Assembly (NCBI RefSeq): GCF_009914755.1
Contig: NC_060926.1
Source: the human T2T-CHM13v2.0 reference genome, Homo sapiens
DNA: 64,000 bases
Direction: 5' to 3' (one strand)
A program made the position numbers and the translations under genes. Positions 35,125 through 48,737 of this stretch are shown piece after piece. The notes below the pieces were generated by a model, which was given only the letters and a program-made list of their open reading frames with translations, did not search any database and had not been told where the DNA came from. Within the stretch, counting starts at the first letter, position 1, and every line of letters begins with the position of its first letter.

Positions 35125-37177
35125 CTGGTGAAGAACAAAAATACCTGAGTTATTGCCAAGTCATGAATCAAAATGGACATCACAAATTCTCAGGGTGCAA
35201 ATACCCCCTTATCCTCCTGTCTTCCCTCAGTCCACACCTATCTCTAACTATTTAATTTACTGAGAAACAAATAATATTAGAAAGAACATCAACATGACAA
35301 GCCATGAGAGTGACTCTGAAGCTTCTGGCTGAGTTCTTTCCATCTGTTACCTGTAATCCCCACAACAGTAGGCTTATGGTTCTCATTTTACAGAAGCAGA
35401 GGCTCAGAGATGTTAAATAGCTGATCACTGGGGCTGAACTTCAGTGTGCCCCTTCCTTCCTACAATGCAGGGCAAGAGAAACTGTCTCTTTCATATGAAA
35501 TCTCCTACTCTCTACCTGCTTCCTTCCACCTGCATTAAGCACGCTCAAGTCTCTTCCCCTGTGCCCCTCCCCTATGCTCCTTTCTTTCTTTTCTTGCTTT
35601 CTCATCTTCCTCACCATCAAGAGTTGTCTGCCTTTGCAGTCTCTACTTCCTCCCAATGTGCTCTGACTGCTCACTCCATCTCCTGAAAATGCTTTCATCA
35701 ATGTCTCTAATGCCCTCCTTGCTCCTACATCCAATGGGCATATTTAGGTTTCATCTTCCTTGACCTCCCAGAAGCCTTCCATAGAGTTGCGCACTCATGA
35801 CCAGACTAAGACGCTGGAGCCTCTCACATCTGAAGAGATGATGGCACCTTCCTTCCAAGTGTGTACTTAAAAACTTAGTACATGTAAGAAAGTTCAACAT
35901 TGGCCTGGTTTTTTCTAAGGATGCTTTCTTTGAAATAGCACATTTTCCTCCAAGTATTGTTTCTCCAAGTTGGGGGTGCCACAAGACCAAGCTTTGCTGA
36001 TGTGCTGGAGTCCTAATGCCAGCTTTCGCCTACCCATGGGGTGATCTCCCCTGTGGCTGCTCTTTGGCTTCTGTGACCTTTTATGGCTTTGGTTCTCCTT
36101 CTGCTTCTCTGGTCACTTCTTCTAACTCATTGCTGGTTATTCCCCTTCTTCCTTTATATGTTTGTCTTCTCCATATTTCTGTCCTCATCTCTCATGTCTC
36201 ACTCTATACCAGTTGCTGTTTAACCACAACAACCTCTGTATACTAATGATTCCCAAATCCATATGTGGAGCCCAAGCCTCTTTACTGGGCTCAGATCCAT
36301 AGGTCTATTTGACAGCTAGATTTCTAAACTGGTTGTTTCATAGGAGGACATCAAATACAGCACATCCAAAACTGAATTTGTCACTTTCCTTGAAACCAGA
36401 AGCTCTCCCACTGTAGTTCTTATTAAAATGAAGGGCGCCTCCTTCCTCTTTTCTTCTTTCTTTTGCCTTGTCCCCATACCCAGTTAATCACCCAGTACTT
36501 ATGATTCTGCCTCTTAGAAAGTTGTAGAATCTGCTCACTCCTTTCTATACCTGGCTTTTCTCCACTGCAGGCCATTATCAGCTCTTAGCCACATAGGATC
36601 GTAAGAGATGTCCAATGGTCTCTTCGTGTCCAGCTGTGCCTCCTTCTCACCCATCTTCCACACTAGAGTCAGAGTATTTCTTCTAAAACATCACCCCTAT
36701 CTTATTTCTGCTCCCCTTTTCAACTCCTGTGCCTTCAAAAGAGTCCAAACTCCTTAGGATGGCTTTCGCAGCTGGGCATGCTCTCTCCCCTGCCTACCTC
36801 TCCCCATCATCTCTGAGCCCCTTACCATTCTGCACTTCTTCCAGTTCCTTGAACCATATTCCTTTACCTTCAGGCCATTACATGCTTTTCCTTTTGCCTG
36901 GAACACTCACTCCTTTCTCCTTTGCCTAAATGACTCTGACACAGTCCTCAGTTATCAGGTCAAGTACACTTGCTTCAGAATGCATTCCCTGACTAGCACA
37001 GGCTACATGATATAAAATTTCATGGTACTCTAATACTTTCTATAACTTAGCCCTTACTCTATGATTACTGCTTGCTTAATTGTGTGTCTCCCTTATAAAA
37101 TGTAAGCGTTCAAAGGTCAGGGACCTTGTGTGTCTCACTCAACATACGTGGTATATATTAGGCAATTAAATATACTA

Positions 37178-37486
37178 TTTTTTGTTTTTTGTGAGACAGG
37201 ATCTTGCTCTGTCTCCCAGGCTGGAGTGCAGTGGTGCAAGCATGGTTCACTGAAGGCTTGAACTCTTGGGCTCAGTTGATCCTCCCATCTCAGCCTTCTG
37301 AGTAGCTGGAGCTACAGGCATGTGCCACCACGACTGGCTAATTTTGTTATTTATTTAATTTTTTTTGTAGAGATGGGGTTTTGCCATGTTGCCCAGGCTG
37401 GTATCCAAACACCAGGGCTCAAGCGATCCATCCACCTGGGGCTCCCAAAGTGCTAGGATTACAGGCATGAACCACCGTGGCTGGCC
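37178..37486 (-). mobile_element. AluJ, intron 18
   Basis: Reverse Alu with J-type diagnostics. Confidence 0.88.
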
Positions 37487-38049
37487 AATTAAATATTATT
37501 TTTGAATGAACACATGAATGTGTCTAAAATATGAAAACTAAGGCAAATCAATGGTTGAGGGTGCCACTTAAAATGGAACTCTCCAAAAGAGGCTGTATTC
37601 CATTATCACGAGGTTAGGAGTTTCATGCTTTACCTACCTAGCTACCTCAAATCAATATGTTCTTAGGTATTTTTTGGGGGGGAAAATATTAATTTTCCAA
37701 AGATGATCTCTCCAGAGCTATTGTTTCTTCATTCTCAAAACAAATAGATAACAAAAAATCACAACTTAATAAAAACTAATTAAGCAGTAGGTCTTAATAA
37801 GTCTCAAAGCAGAAAGATAAAGGACAGTTTAGTAAAATGTGAAAAGTAGAAGAAAGGTAATTATGTAGTTATGTAGTAAGTCTAGGCTAGAATTAAAATA
37901 GGTAACCCGGAATCTTTCCTTTCTACTCCTCTCCTGCTTCCTCAGGACCTGAATGATCTCAATCAACTGTTTAGCCTGGCAAAATTCTGCAGGTACATTC
38001 TCTGTTCTCTCTTTCAAACTGGCTAGGCAGACTTGGCTGAAAGAATTAC

Positions 38050-38261
38050 CCTCCACTGAGCAGCTTGACTGGTCTCTTTGGGGAAGGAATGATAAACTTC
38101 AGCTTCCCAGCTTTTAGGGCAACATGAGCCTCCAGACCCGACTCGTGGAAGAAGTTGGTGTTCATCTGGACCCCACTCCTAGCGAAGTCCGGAATGATGA
38201 TGCCCATATTTGTCACAAACTCCACAGACACGGAGGGTTTTGCCACCAGTTCAGCCTGCAT
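38050..38261 (-). CDS. APOB: APOB exon 18
   Basis: 212 nt; [20 protein letters not shown]. Confidence 0.96.
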
Positions 38262-38743
38262 CTATAAGTCAGAAAACAACCTATTCAGATTCATTAAATA
38301 CTTCAGTCCCCTGTCAGTCAGATCAACCACCCTTTCTCACCTCCGGGCAAAGATTTCCTGGATAACTCAGACCTTTGGAAACATTACTGGGATTTGTTTG
38401 GAAGAAGGAAAGCGAGTTCTCAGTTCTCTAGAGTTGGAGTATACTACCCAGAACTAGAAAGCACCTGAGTTAACGTGAGGCAAAACCAGATTAAAAAGAT
38501 GATAGGAATACTCATTTGTTGAGAGAACTGAGTTCTTGTCTTATGGCCATACCACTACTGGAGCTAGTGAGGTAGTGCATTCTGGTGGAAGCTTGAAGTT
38601 TTTCATAAAAAAATAATGAGGTGATTACAATGATGAAGCATTTTGTCTTGAAGTGGAAACACATTTTTAAATATGTTTTAACAAGAAATGCACCCTGGAA
38701 GAAAGTAATAACCTAAGAAATCAAAAGGCAAACAGAATCTTAC

Positions 38744-38911
38744 GTTGGCTACTTCCAGTTTTACTCCAGCCTTGGCTCCGGGAGCAATGACTCCAGATGA
38801 AGATATTTGCAACTGTAATCCAGCTCCAGTGGGGAGTTCAAAGGCATTCTCCATGAAGATGTAGTGAAGAAAAAAGTCATTCTTTGAGCCCTTCCTGATG
38901 ACCTCTCCAAT
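38744..38911 (-). CDS. APOB: APOB exon 17
   Basis: 168 nt; [20 protein letters not shown]. Confidence 0.96.
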
Positions 38912-39554
38912 CTGTAGACCCAACAAGGGAGAGCAAATAAAAGTAAGTCTTTTTAAAGTCGGTTTTGTTAATTACAACCTCCCATACATTGGAGAGTAAT
39001 TCCTCTTTATCTGGAAAGGAAGGACTAGCATATTTTGATGAGCTGAATAGTTTGATAAATAAAGATCAAACTGATGTTTTTACCGTTTTCAGTGAATCAG
39101 GATATAAGAAATTTCACTAGATAGATATCATGTCATTTTCAAGTGGACTCAGAAGGCTCTTAAGAATATTGCTGGGCCTCAGAGCTTTATGGACTTTAAG
39201 TATCATATATGCCATGGCTTAATTCTGGTGTTCTGGAGTCTGACTGTAAGTGAAGGTGTACTTGAAATGTATTATATTATGATAAAATCAATTTTTTGAA
39301 ACCAAAGGCCTATTGAGATGATGTACATATCAATTTGCATTGGGTTTTATTTTTTAAATAATATTTCAATAAAATAGCTTGAGACCTGTTTTCTTAAAGT
39401 CAACATTTTTTTAATCAAGCCATAGGAGTACATTTATATATTTCCTTTTATGAATTAATAATAAAAATTATAGCATATTTAGATAGTGAATTATAGTTTG
39501 CCAAATACTTTCTTTTATAATCATTGTATCATTTCAATCTTAAAAGGACCTTCA

Positions 39555-39858
39555 GGTCAGGTGCAGTGGCTCACACCTGTTATTCCAGCACTGTGGGAGG
39601 CCCAGGCTGGAGGATCACTTGAGGTCAGGAGTTCGAAACCAGCCTGACATGGTTGTCAACAGGCTTGTCTCTACTAAAGATACACAAATTAGCCGGGCAT
39701 GCTGGTGCACGTCCACAGTCCCAGCTACTTGGGAGGCTGAGGCAGGAGAATTGCTTGAACCCGGAAGGCAGAGTTGCAGTGAGCCGAGATTGTATCACTG
39801 CACTCCAGCCTGGGAGCAAGACTCCATCTCAAAAAATTAAAAAAATAAAAATAAAAAT
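39555..39858 (+). mobile_element. AluS, intron 16, TSD AAAAGGACCTTCA
   Basis: Alu consensus with flanking direct repeats. Confidence 0.92.
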
Positions 39859-40151
39859 AAAAGGACCTTCAGCAAAGGTAGAGGAAGGTATACCGAACAT
39901 TGTTTTCCAGATGAATAAATTAATGCTCTTAAAAATACAGCTAACATTATGAATAGCTTAATTTCTAAATGTTAACATTTCCATGTGATCCAAGAGTCAT
40001 CTTCAGTGAAATTCAAGGCAAACCTCCATCTCTGAAGAAAGTACAAGCATCTTTTCGGGCTTGTGCAGCTGGGATCGTAAGGGAGTCTGGGCGATCTAAA
40101 AAAAAACCAACGTCTGGTCTCATGGGCCCCCAGTGGGGCCTGCTGACTTAC

Positions 40152-40343
40152 CATCTGGGGGATCCCCTGCAGAGTGCGGGCACCCATCAGAAGCAGCTTT
40201 CCCAGGAGCTGGAGGTCATGGAGACTGGCAAAACCAAGCTCCTCTCCCAAGATGCGGAGGTAGGCTCTGGCTTCCGGGACTTCTTTGGATTTCAAATCTT
40301 TAATCAGCTTCTCAACACTGAGCATTATTCCATTTACCATATC
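40152..40343 (-). CDS. APOB: APOB exon 16
   Basis: 192 nt; [18 protein letters not shown]. Confidence 0.96.
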
Positions 40344-40959
40344 CTGAGAGTTTAGTAATAAAATGGCCAGTGAGATGTCAGCAATGTCAAACACCTTTCA
40401 GTTCCCAATGTGGGACCTGTCTGATGCAGCCAGGATGGGCCTAAAAAATGCTCCAGGTGAGGAACAGGGAGACACTGAAGTCCAGGCTAATTCCTCTAAG
40501 CAGAGATTAAAGAACTAAGGTCTTGTCAGGGATAGTGGCACTCCTAAAGCTATTCTTAATTAAAAAATCTGTAGACATAGTAAGATGTGGTGGGATGAGA
40601 GGAGGGGTCCCTATTCTCCAGTATGCCAGGATCCTCAAGATTAGAAGATCCTCTATCCCCCACCCGTTCCCTGCTTAGCCTTCTCTTCTTTGACCAGTGA
40701 AGACTACAAGGTGTTTCTTAAGAAAATGTAGCTGTTATATAAATTCACCAGAAGTTTGAAAAACACTTGATCCTAGACAAGTTCTTCTCAGAGAGAAGAA
40801 GAATCTCAGAGATGGATGCCCAGGCATTGGGAAAAAAAAAATGTGAAACTGACAGACTCAAAGCAGATCAAAGATCCTCGGCCTCAAGTGGGGGTCAGGA
40901 AATTAGAAGATGGAGCTCGTGCTCAACAGTGAGCCTGGAGGGGTAAATTACTGCCTTGC

Positions 40960-41092
40960 TCTGCAAAGTTGAATGTGCATACAAGTCACATGAGGTCTTG
41001 CTAAAATGCGCTTCTGATTCAGTAGATTGTGGGTGAAGCATGAGAAGCTGTATTTCTGACCAGACCACACTTTGGGTAGCAAAAAATTCAAG
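40960..41092. mobile_element. MER5-like hAT fragment, intron 15
   Basis: CTTGCTAAAATG...TCTGATTCAGTAG...GACCACACTTTGGGTAGC resembles MER5A. Confidence 0.55.
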
Positions 41093-41395
41093 AATAAGCT
41101 CCAGATCATACAACCTATTTCCCTCCTTAAATGGGGGCTCATTGCTAGCTTCAAAGTGGAAGTTTGGTCTCATTTGCTAGTGCACTGATGGGAGTGAGAG
41201 CCAAAGACAGCAGTTAATAATAATGAAAATATTAATTTAGAACTCGTAATAGTGTCTGCTTATTGAACAACCAATGCCAGCATCAGGCACTGTGCTTGGC
41301 ATTTTAGATGCCTTATTTCATTGTCTTTAAATAACCTTGTGAGGTTTGGACTGTTATTAGTAGTCTGGGATACAGACAGAAACAGATACACATAA

Positions 41396-41766
<371 letters not shown>

Positions 41767-42006
41767 CAGAGTTCATACTCTTGTTATCCTAGAGTACTTA
41801 TTGTGAGTCTGGTTTCTGGGCACACTGAATTCAGGAGATCTTTAACTGCAGAGGATACTGGCCCTTACCCCAGCAGGTCTGGTTGATAAAAACCATAGTT
41901 ATCCCTTCAGTTAGATAGTATTTTGAGGACTTCCATGCTTAGAAAAGAATTGTTTTTGCATTGAGACCCAAAGCTTTCCTTAAGAAGATACTTCACAAAT
42001 ACACAC

Positions 42007-42183
42007 CTGCTCATGTTTATCATCTTTGGTATAGCCAAAGTGGTCCACTAAGACCTTAGAGACACCATCAGGAACTTGACCATTAACCCAGTACAAAGCT
42101 TTGTTGACACTGTCTGGGAAAAATCCTTGCTTCCCAAAAAGAGCTTCCAATGTTGGCTCAAAGCCTTTTCCTTCCAAGCCAAT
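42007..42183 (-). CDS. APOB: APOB exon 15
   Basis: 177 nt; [18 protein letters not shown]. Confidence 0.96.
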
Positions 42184-42525
42184 CTGAGAAAGAAAATCAG
42201 ACAAGAAAATGGCATCAGGTTTCTTTGTTGTATGCCAGCCTAGTAGTCCCCACTCTTGATGTCCATTTATCTAAACAAGTATTTGAATACCACAGGCCAG
42301 GAGCTGACCTTAGCATTTCACAGGAGCTGCTTTATTAAAATCTCACTAGAATCTTGACCTTATTACTTGCTTTTTTCTAGAAGAGGCAGCTAAGGTTCAG
42401 ATAGGACAAATAATTCAACAAAGGATTCAGAGTTGGGAGTGATTTGAGATTTGAAGCAGATCTGACTAGGCAGCACATATGCTTCCTTGGCTTTGGGACT
42501 TAAAGACGAGACATTTGCATTTCAA

Positions 42526-42830
42526 TTTTTTTTTTTTTTTTTTTTTTGAGATGGAGTCTTGCTCTGTCGCCCAGGCTGGAGCGCAGTGGCGCAATCTCTC
42601 GGCTCACTGCAAGCTCAGCCTCCTGGGTTCACGCCATTCTCCTGCCTCATCCTCCCAAGTAGCTGGGACTACAGGTGCCTGCCACCACGCCCGGCTAATT
42701 TTTTGTATTTTTAGTAGAGATGGGCTTTCACCGTGTTAGCCAGGATGGTGTCGATATCCTGACCTCATGATCCACCCGCCTCGGCCTCCCAAAGTGCTGG
42801 GATTACAGGAGTGAGCCACCTCGCCAGGCC
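42526..42830 (-). mobile_element. AluY, intron 14
   Basis: Reverse Alu with Y diagnostics (TTCACGCCATTCT, GTGTTAGCCAGGATGG). Confidence 0.92.
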
Positions 42831-43045
42831 TGCATTTCTATTAATGTTAAGAAGTCATGCTTCAGGTGACCCCTAGCGGGGAGAGAGGAAGGCGGGGAAG
42901 GAGGGAAAGAAGAAAGCCTCAGAATCATGGTAGGAAGTGCCTGGTGGTTCTTAGTTTTCCTCTGGGTAGCTCCTGGCTCCCAGGGACTCTCTGTTTATGA
43001 TGCTGTACAAAATGGGCTAGAGAACCTCAAACTCTTCACACTTAC

Positions 43046-43283
43046 CTCGATGAGGTCAGCTGAAGCAAATCCAAAGGCAGTGAGGGTAGTTTTCAGCATG
43101 CTTTCTTTAGGAAGGTAGTTATTTGGATCAAATATAAGATTCCCTTCTATTTTGGCTGAGGCTGGGTCAAGTGATGGAAGAGAAACAGATTTGTAGAGTT
43201 GATAGTTCCGAGAGAATTTTCTGAAGTCCATGACAGTTGGAAGTTGAGATTCTTTCAGAACTTCTTTCACTAACTTTTTCAGA
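43046..43283 (-). CDS. APOB: APOB exon 14
   Basis: 238 nt; [22 protein letters not shown]. Confidence 0.96.
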
Positions 43284-43544
43284 CTAGATAAGAAGAAGTA
43301 TATTTTGAGCTGACACACCATGTTATTATCCTTTGACTCTTGCACCCCAAGTAAATATGGATTTCCAATCACTACCAAAATGTCTGGATTTCATTGACCC
43401 TAAGTCTTTGGGTCTAGATCTGCTACACATTTGCACAAGTGTTTGTTTCAGAAGCAAGGGCAGACAGTGGCTATGCCAAAACCTAGGGTTGGAATTCCAG
43501 CTCAGGGCCCTCAGTGGTATATGGGGTGAATAGCTCTTACTTAC

Positions 43545-43756
43545 TCTTGGATATCCAATTCTTCTGAGTTCAAGATATTGGCAATATGGGAAGCCACAAA
43601 GTTCTTCACTTGCTCATTCTGTTCCCATGGTAGAATTTGGACAATTTTGTTAATATCTGCCTGTGAAGGACTCCTCATCAACATAAGATAGGCAGCCAGT
43701 CGCTTATCTCCCGGAGAAGCATCATCAAGGAAAGTCTGAAGAAGAACCTCCTGGTC
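43545..43756 (-). CDS. APOB: APOB exon 13
   Basis: 212 nt; [27 protein letters not shown]. Confidence 0.96.
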
Positions 43757-44348
43757 CTGCAGTCAAAAGAGGAGATGGTTATCACTGTCCTGTGGTCAGA
43801 ACACAGAACATGCCTGGCAAACACTGGCATTGTCTGCTAGCTCTTTCTTAAGCACAGGTCTAATTTCTCTGTAATCGTTCTTCAAATGCTGGTATTGAAT
43901 CTTCTTGCCAGTGTTTCCTAGAGCACTATCAAGTAAGGGTTCCCAGAAAAAGCCTGTGGAATGCCTGTTGAATTCAATTCCATTAAAACACATAAATTAT
44001 GGCCAAGTTGTGATTTGTTTGGAGATCCACCACTAAGTGAAAATCAAGTTGTTTTAACGTAAGTTATTTTAATGTGAGGATAAAGATGAGAAGGGGTAGT
44101 AAGAGTTTGGGGCTAATAAATAGGGTAGTTTCCAAAGTTCTGGAGTCTTTGCACCTAAGAGGGGGCCAAGTTGGCTATCCTAGCCTAAGCTTATTGGGGG
44201 AAAATTAAGCATGTTTTTCCATGATGAGAGGGATGGTCAATCTGGTAGGTGGACGGTAGGAAGCAAAAACATCTCACGTTCTGCATGTTGACATAGCAGC
44301 AAAGTCAAGTATTTCTCTCACGTCACATACTGCTAGGCAGTCAAGTCA

Positions 44349-44746
<398 letters not shown>

Positions 44747-44852
44747 CAGCAGAATAAAGTCAGTAGATGAAATCTAGAGTCTCATTCCCCTAGTACCTTC
44801 CAAATCCTTGTTAATAAACTTTCACTTTCAGACCTCTTCTTGTGGACTTTAC

Positions 44853-44999
44853 CTTGTCTTTAGGCTCCATTTTCCGCAGAGCCTGGATGGCAGCTTTCTG
44901 GATCATCAGTGATGGCTTTGTACTTTGGACACATTTCAGGATTGAAGACTTGAGTTCTGGAGTTAACTGCTCCATGGTTTGGCCCATATTTCCAATGAC
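44853..44999 (-). CDS. APOB: APOB exon 12
   Basis: 147 nt; [17 protein letters not shown]. Confidence 0.96.
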
Positions 45000-45111
45000 C
45001 TGCATTGAAGAAAAGAAACAAGAACCCATCAGGGTGCAGGAGAGGGAAGTAAAAGGTGTCCAGGAAAAGTGCTTCTGAAATGATGTATGTCATATAAAAG
45101 ACTGAGATTAC

Positions 45112-45229
45112 CCGCAGAATCAAATAGGTGTAATCTTCATCCCCAGTGCAGTCATCTTGAATCTGTTCCATCAGGTAATTAGCAATGTCCAGCAGCTCCT
45201 GGGTCCCTGTAGGGTTTGTCTTATGATAG
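45112..45229 (-). CDS. APOB: APOB exon 11
   Basis: 118 nt; YHKTNPTGTQELLDIANYLMEQIQDDCTGDEDYTYLILR. Confidence 0.96.
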
Positions 45230-45297
45230 CTACAGAATAAGAGAAGAGAGTCAGGACTTGGTAACCCCAGTTAGGTTTGTCTTAAAACCCAAACTTG

Positions 45298-46835
45298 TGA
45301 ATTAGAAAAAATAATTATAAAATTCATATGGAATCCAAAAAGAGCCTGAATAGCTGAAGCAATTTTAAGCAAAAAGAACATAGCTGGAGGCATCACATTA
45401 CCTGACTTCAGATTATACAACAAGGCTATAGTAATCTAAACAGCATGGTACTGGCATAAAAATAGACACATAGATCAATGGAACAGAATACTGAACCCAG
45501 AAATAAAGTCACATACTTACAGTCAACGGATCTTTGACAAAATTGACAAAAACATACACTAGGGAAAGGACACCCTTTTCAATAAGTGGTGCTGGGAAAG
45601 ATGGATTGCCATATGCAGAAGAATAAAACTGGACTCCTATCTGTCACCATATAAAAAAATCAACTCAAGATGGATCAAAGACTTAAATATAAGACCTGAG
45701 ACTATAAAAATGCAAGAAGAAAACCTAGGGAAAACTTCTCTGGACATTGGCCTAGACAAAGAATTCGTGAATAAGACCTCAAAGGCAAAGACAACAAAAA
45801 CAAAAAATAGACAAATAGAACTTAATTAAAGTAAAAAGTTTCTGCACAGTAAAACAAATAATCAACAGGGTGGTAACCTGCAGAATGGGAGAAAATATTT
45901 GCAAACTATTCATCCAATGGGGTACTAATATCCGGAATGTACAAGCAATTCAAACAACTCAACAAAAAAATCCCCCAAATAATCCCATTAAAAAGTAGGC
46001 AAAGGACATGAATAGACATTTTTTTCAAAAGAAGACATACAAATGGCAATAGGCATATGAAAAAATGCATAACATTACTAATCATTAGAGAAATGTAAAT
46101 TAAAACCACAATGAGATAACATCTTACAAGAGTCAGGAGGGCCATTATTCAAAAGACAAAAAATAACAGTTGTTGGTGAGGATACAGAGAAAAGGAAACA
46201 GTTAATCACTGTTGATGGGATTGTAAATAAGTACAACCACTATGGAAAACAATACAGAGATTTCTCAAAGAACTAAAAATAGAACTACCAATAAATCCAA
46301 CAATCCCATTACTGGGTATATACCTAAAGGAAAAGAAATCATTATATCCAAAGGAAACCTGCACCCATATGTTTATCACAGCACTATTCACAATAGCAAA
46401 GACATGGAATCAACCTAAGTGTCTATCAATGGACGATTGGATTAAAAATGTGAAATGTATAGGCAATAAAATACTATTCGGCCATAAAAAGAATAAAATC
46501 ATGTCATTTGCAGCAACATGGATGGAACTGGAGGTCATTGTCTTAAGTGAAACAGGACAGTCACAGAAAGACAAATATTGCGTGTTGTCATTTATAAGTG
46601 GGAGTGAAATAATGTGCACACAAGGACATAGTGTGTGGAATGATAGACAATTGAGACTCAGAAGGTGTGGAAGTGGAGGGAGATGGATGGTGAGAAATTA
46701 CTTAGTGGGTACACTATATGTTGTCTGGGTGATGGATACCCTGAAAGCCCTGACTTAACTACTGCACAATCTATTCATGTAACAAAATTACACTTGTTCC
46801 ACATAAATTTATATAAAAATGTAAAAAAGAAAAAG
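45298..46835 (+). mobile_element. 5'-truncated old L1 (3' part of ORF2 plus 3' UTR), intron 10, antisense to APOB
   Basis: L1 ORF2-like peptides (MFITALFTIAKTWNQPKC; IMSFAATWMELEVIVLSE) and A-rich end. Confidence 0.9.
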
Positions 46836-46866
46836 CCAAAAAATTTCATCAAAGGAAAAACCTGCT

Positions 46867-47108
46867 AGCCTGAGCAACATGGTGAAACCCTGTATCTACC
46901 AAGAATACAAAAATTAGCCAGGGCATGGTAGCATGCACCTGTGGTCCCAGCTACTCAGGAGGCTGAGGTGGGAGGATCACTTCAGCCCAGGAATTTGAGG
47001 CTTCAGTGAGCCGTGACTGCATCACTGCACTCCAGCCTGGGTGACACAGTGAGACCATCTCAAAAAAACAACAACAACAAAAAAAAACAAAACAAACAAA
47101 CAAAAAAA
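46867..47108 (+). mobile_element. 5'-truncated AluJ, intron 10
   Basis: Right monomer with (CAA/CAAAA) tail; diverged TSD-like GGAAAAA-CTGCTA. Confidence 0.85.
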
Positions 47109-47567
47109 TTCAGAGGAAAAAACTGCTAACTAATATTGAACTGAAGTTAATAATATGCAAGCTGTAATACTTAGGGGAAAGTGTGTTGATGTTTGCAATT
47201 TACTTTGAAATGCTTCAGAAAATAAGATGAATTAATGGATGGATGTATATGTGATAAAGCAAATATAATAACACTTAAATAGTAGGAGATAGCTGGTTTT
47301 CTAGGGGTTTTCCCTGTGAAATTCTGTCAACTTTGCTATGTTCAAAAACTTTTATAATATAATGTAGAGAAAATATTTTTAAAAATTCAATTTGTGTTTG
47401 CTGATTTCTTATTTCAAGTCATTACCCCAAAAATGATCAAGAAAAAACACAAGAGTAAGGAGCAGAGTTTGAAAGTGGAAGGAGGGGTTCAGTTTTAATA
47501 CAGAGATGCACAGAGGTGCAAGATGTTCCTCTGCTCCTAGGAGGAGAAATACAGTGTGGAAACTCAC

Positions 47568-47795
47568 TTGTTGACCGCGTGGCTCAGCGCATACAAGGTG
47601 GCTCGGCTGCGCTGATCCCTCGCCATGTTGAAGATCTCTCGCAGCTGCTGTGCTGAGGGCTCGGGGATCAGGGCCACCAGGTAGGTGACCACATCTATCA
47701 GAAGGGGGTTGGCATGCACACGTTTCAGCCACTGGAGGATGTGAGTGGAGCACTGAGGCTGTCCACACTGAACCAAGGCTTGTAAAGTGATGGGG
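47568..47795 (-). CDS. APOB: APOB exon 10
   Basis: 228 nt; [24 protein letters not shown]. Confidence 0.96.
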
Positions 47796-48517
47796 CTGAG
47801 AAGAAAGACATGGATAAAGTTATACAGACCACCTTCAGGGCACATAAAATATTGCTCATGGTGTGTCCTCTGCCAGGAGAGCCCTTAATCACCTCATTCA
47901 CTATTCAAATCTAACCATCTTTCAAAACCCAACTTGGAGCTCAGAACCATGATGCTTTCCTTAGGAATATTACCCACAGAAGAAGCCCAATCGAGAAAAG
48001 TTCCAAGAGGGGACTGTGGATCTGTAGCAACAAGAAGACTGTTATCACAGTCCTTTGGCCAGCACACAGAATATGCCTGGCCAACATTAGCTGGGTCTCA
48101 TTCCTGGCCTCAGTCCCTTCTCTCACCTTCATAGCACTTAAAGCCAGTGCCTTGAAGGGTAGAGAAATCATATTATATTTTTCGTCTGAGTTCTCTCTCC
48201 ACCAGCCTATAAGCTTCTGGAGAGCACCTGCAATAGACCTAGGAATTAAAAGTTACCCATCAAAATGTGGGAACTATTCTCCTTCTGTTTTAACACACAA
48301 ATACATAGCTGCCTTGAACACAGTATGCGCGTGTGTGTTTCATGGAACTCAGCGCAGCAGCTGATAGTTCTCTATCCAGCAATCATGAACTGATTGACTA
48401 ATTGATTAACTGGATTGATATCCAAATGGTCCCTGAGATTCTCCATTTGGCCAAGGTTTGAAAGTTCAGTCAGTTACCATCAGTTTTATAAAAAGTTGAG
48501 CTGTAACCATTAGATAC

Positions 48518-48737
48518 CTGGACACCTCAATCAGCTGTGGCAAGAGAGATGTGACTGCTTCATCACTGAGGCCTCTCAGCTCAGTAACCAGCTTATTGAA
48601 GAGATTAGCTCTCTGGATATTTTGCTCAGAGATGGTTAGTTTTTTCAGTTCCTGGAGAGTCTTCAAAACAGCTTCGGCCTGCTTTGGAGGTGATGTGGAT
48701 TTGGTGCTCTCAAATGCGAGGCCCATCTTCTTAGTAC
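48518..48737 (-). CDS. APOB: APOB exon 9
   Basis: 220 nt; [20 protein letters not shown] (ORF 48466..48726). Confidence 0.96.

Noticed and set aside
43537-43544. Tandem donor GTAAGTAAG after exon 13 (similar after exon 23)
   Set aside because: The second GT is part of the normal GTAAGT consensus, and its use would frameshift
46369-46758. 129-aa ORF with recognisable protein similarity
   Set aside because: Decayed L1 ORF2 C-terminus, not a host gene
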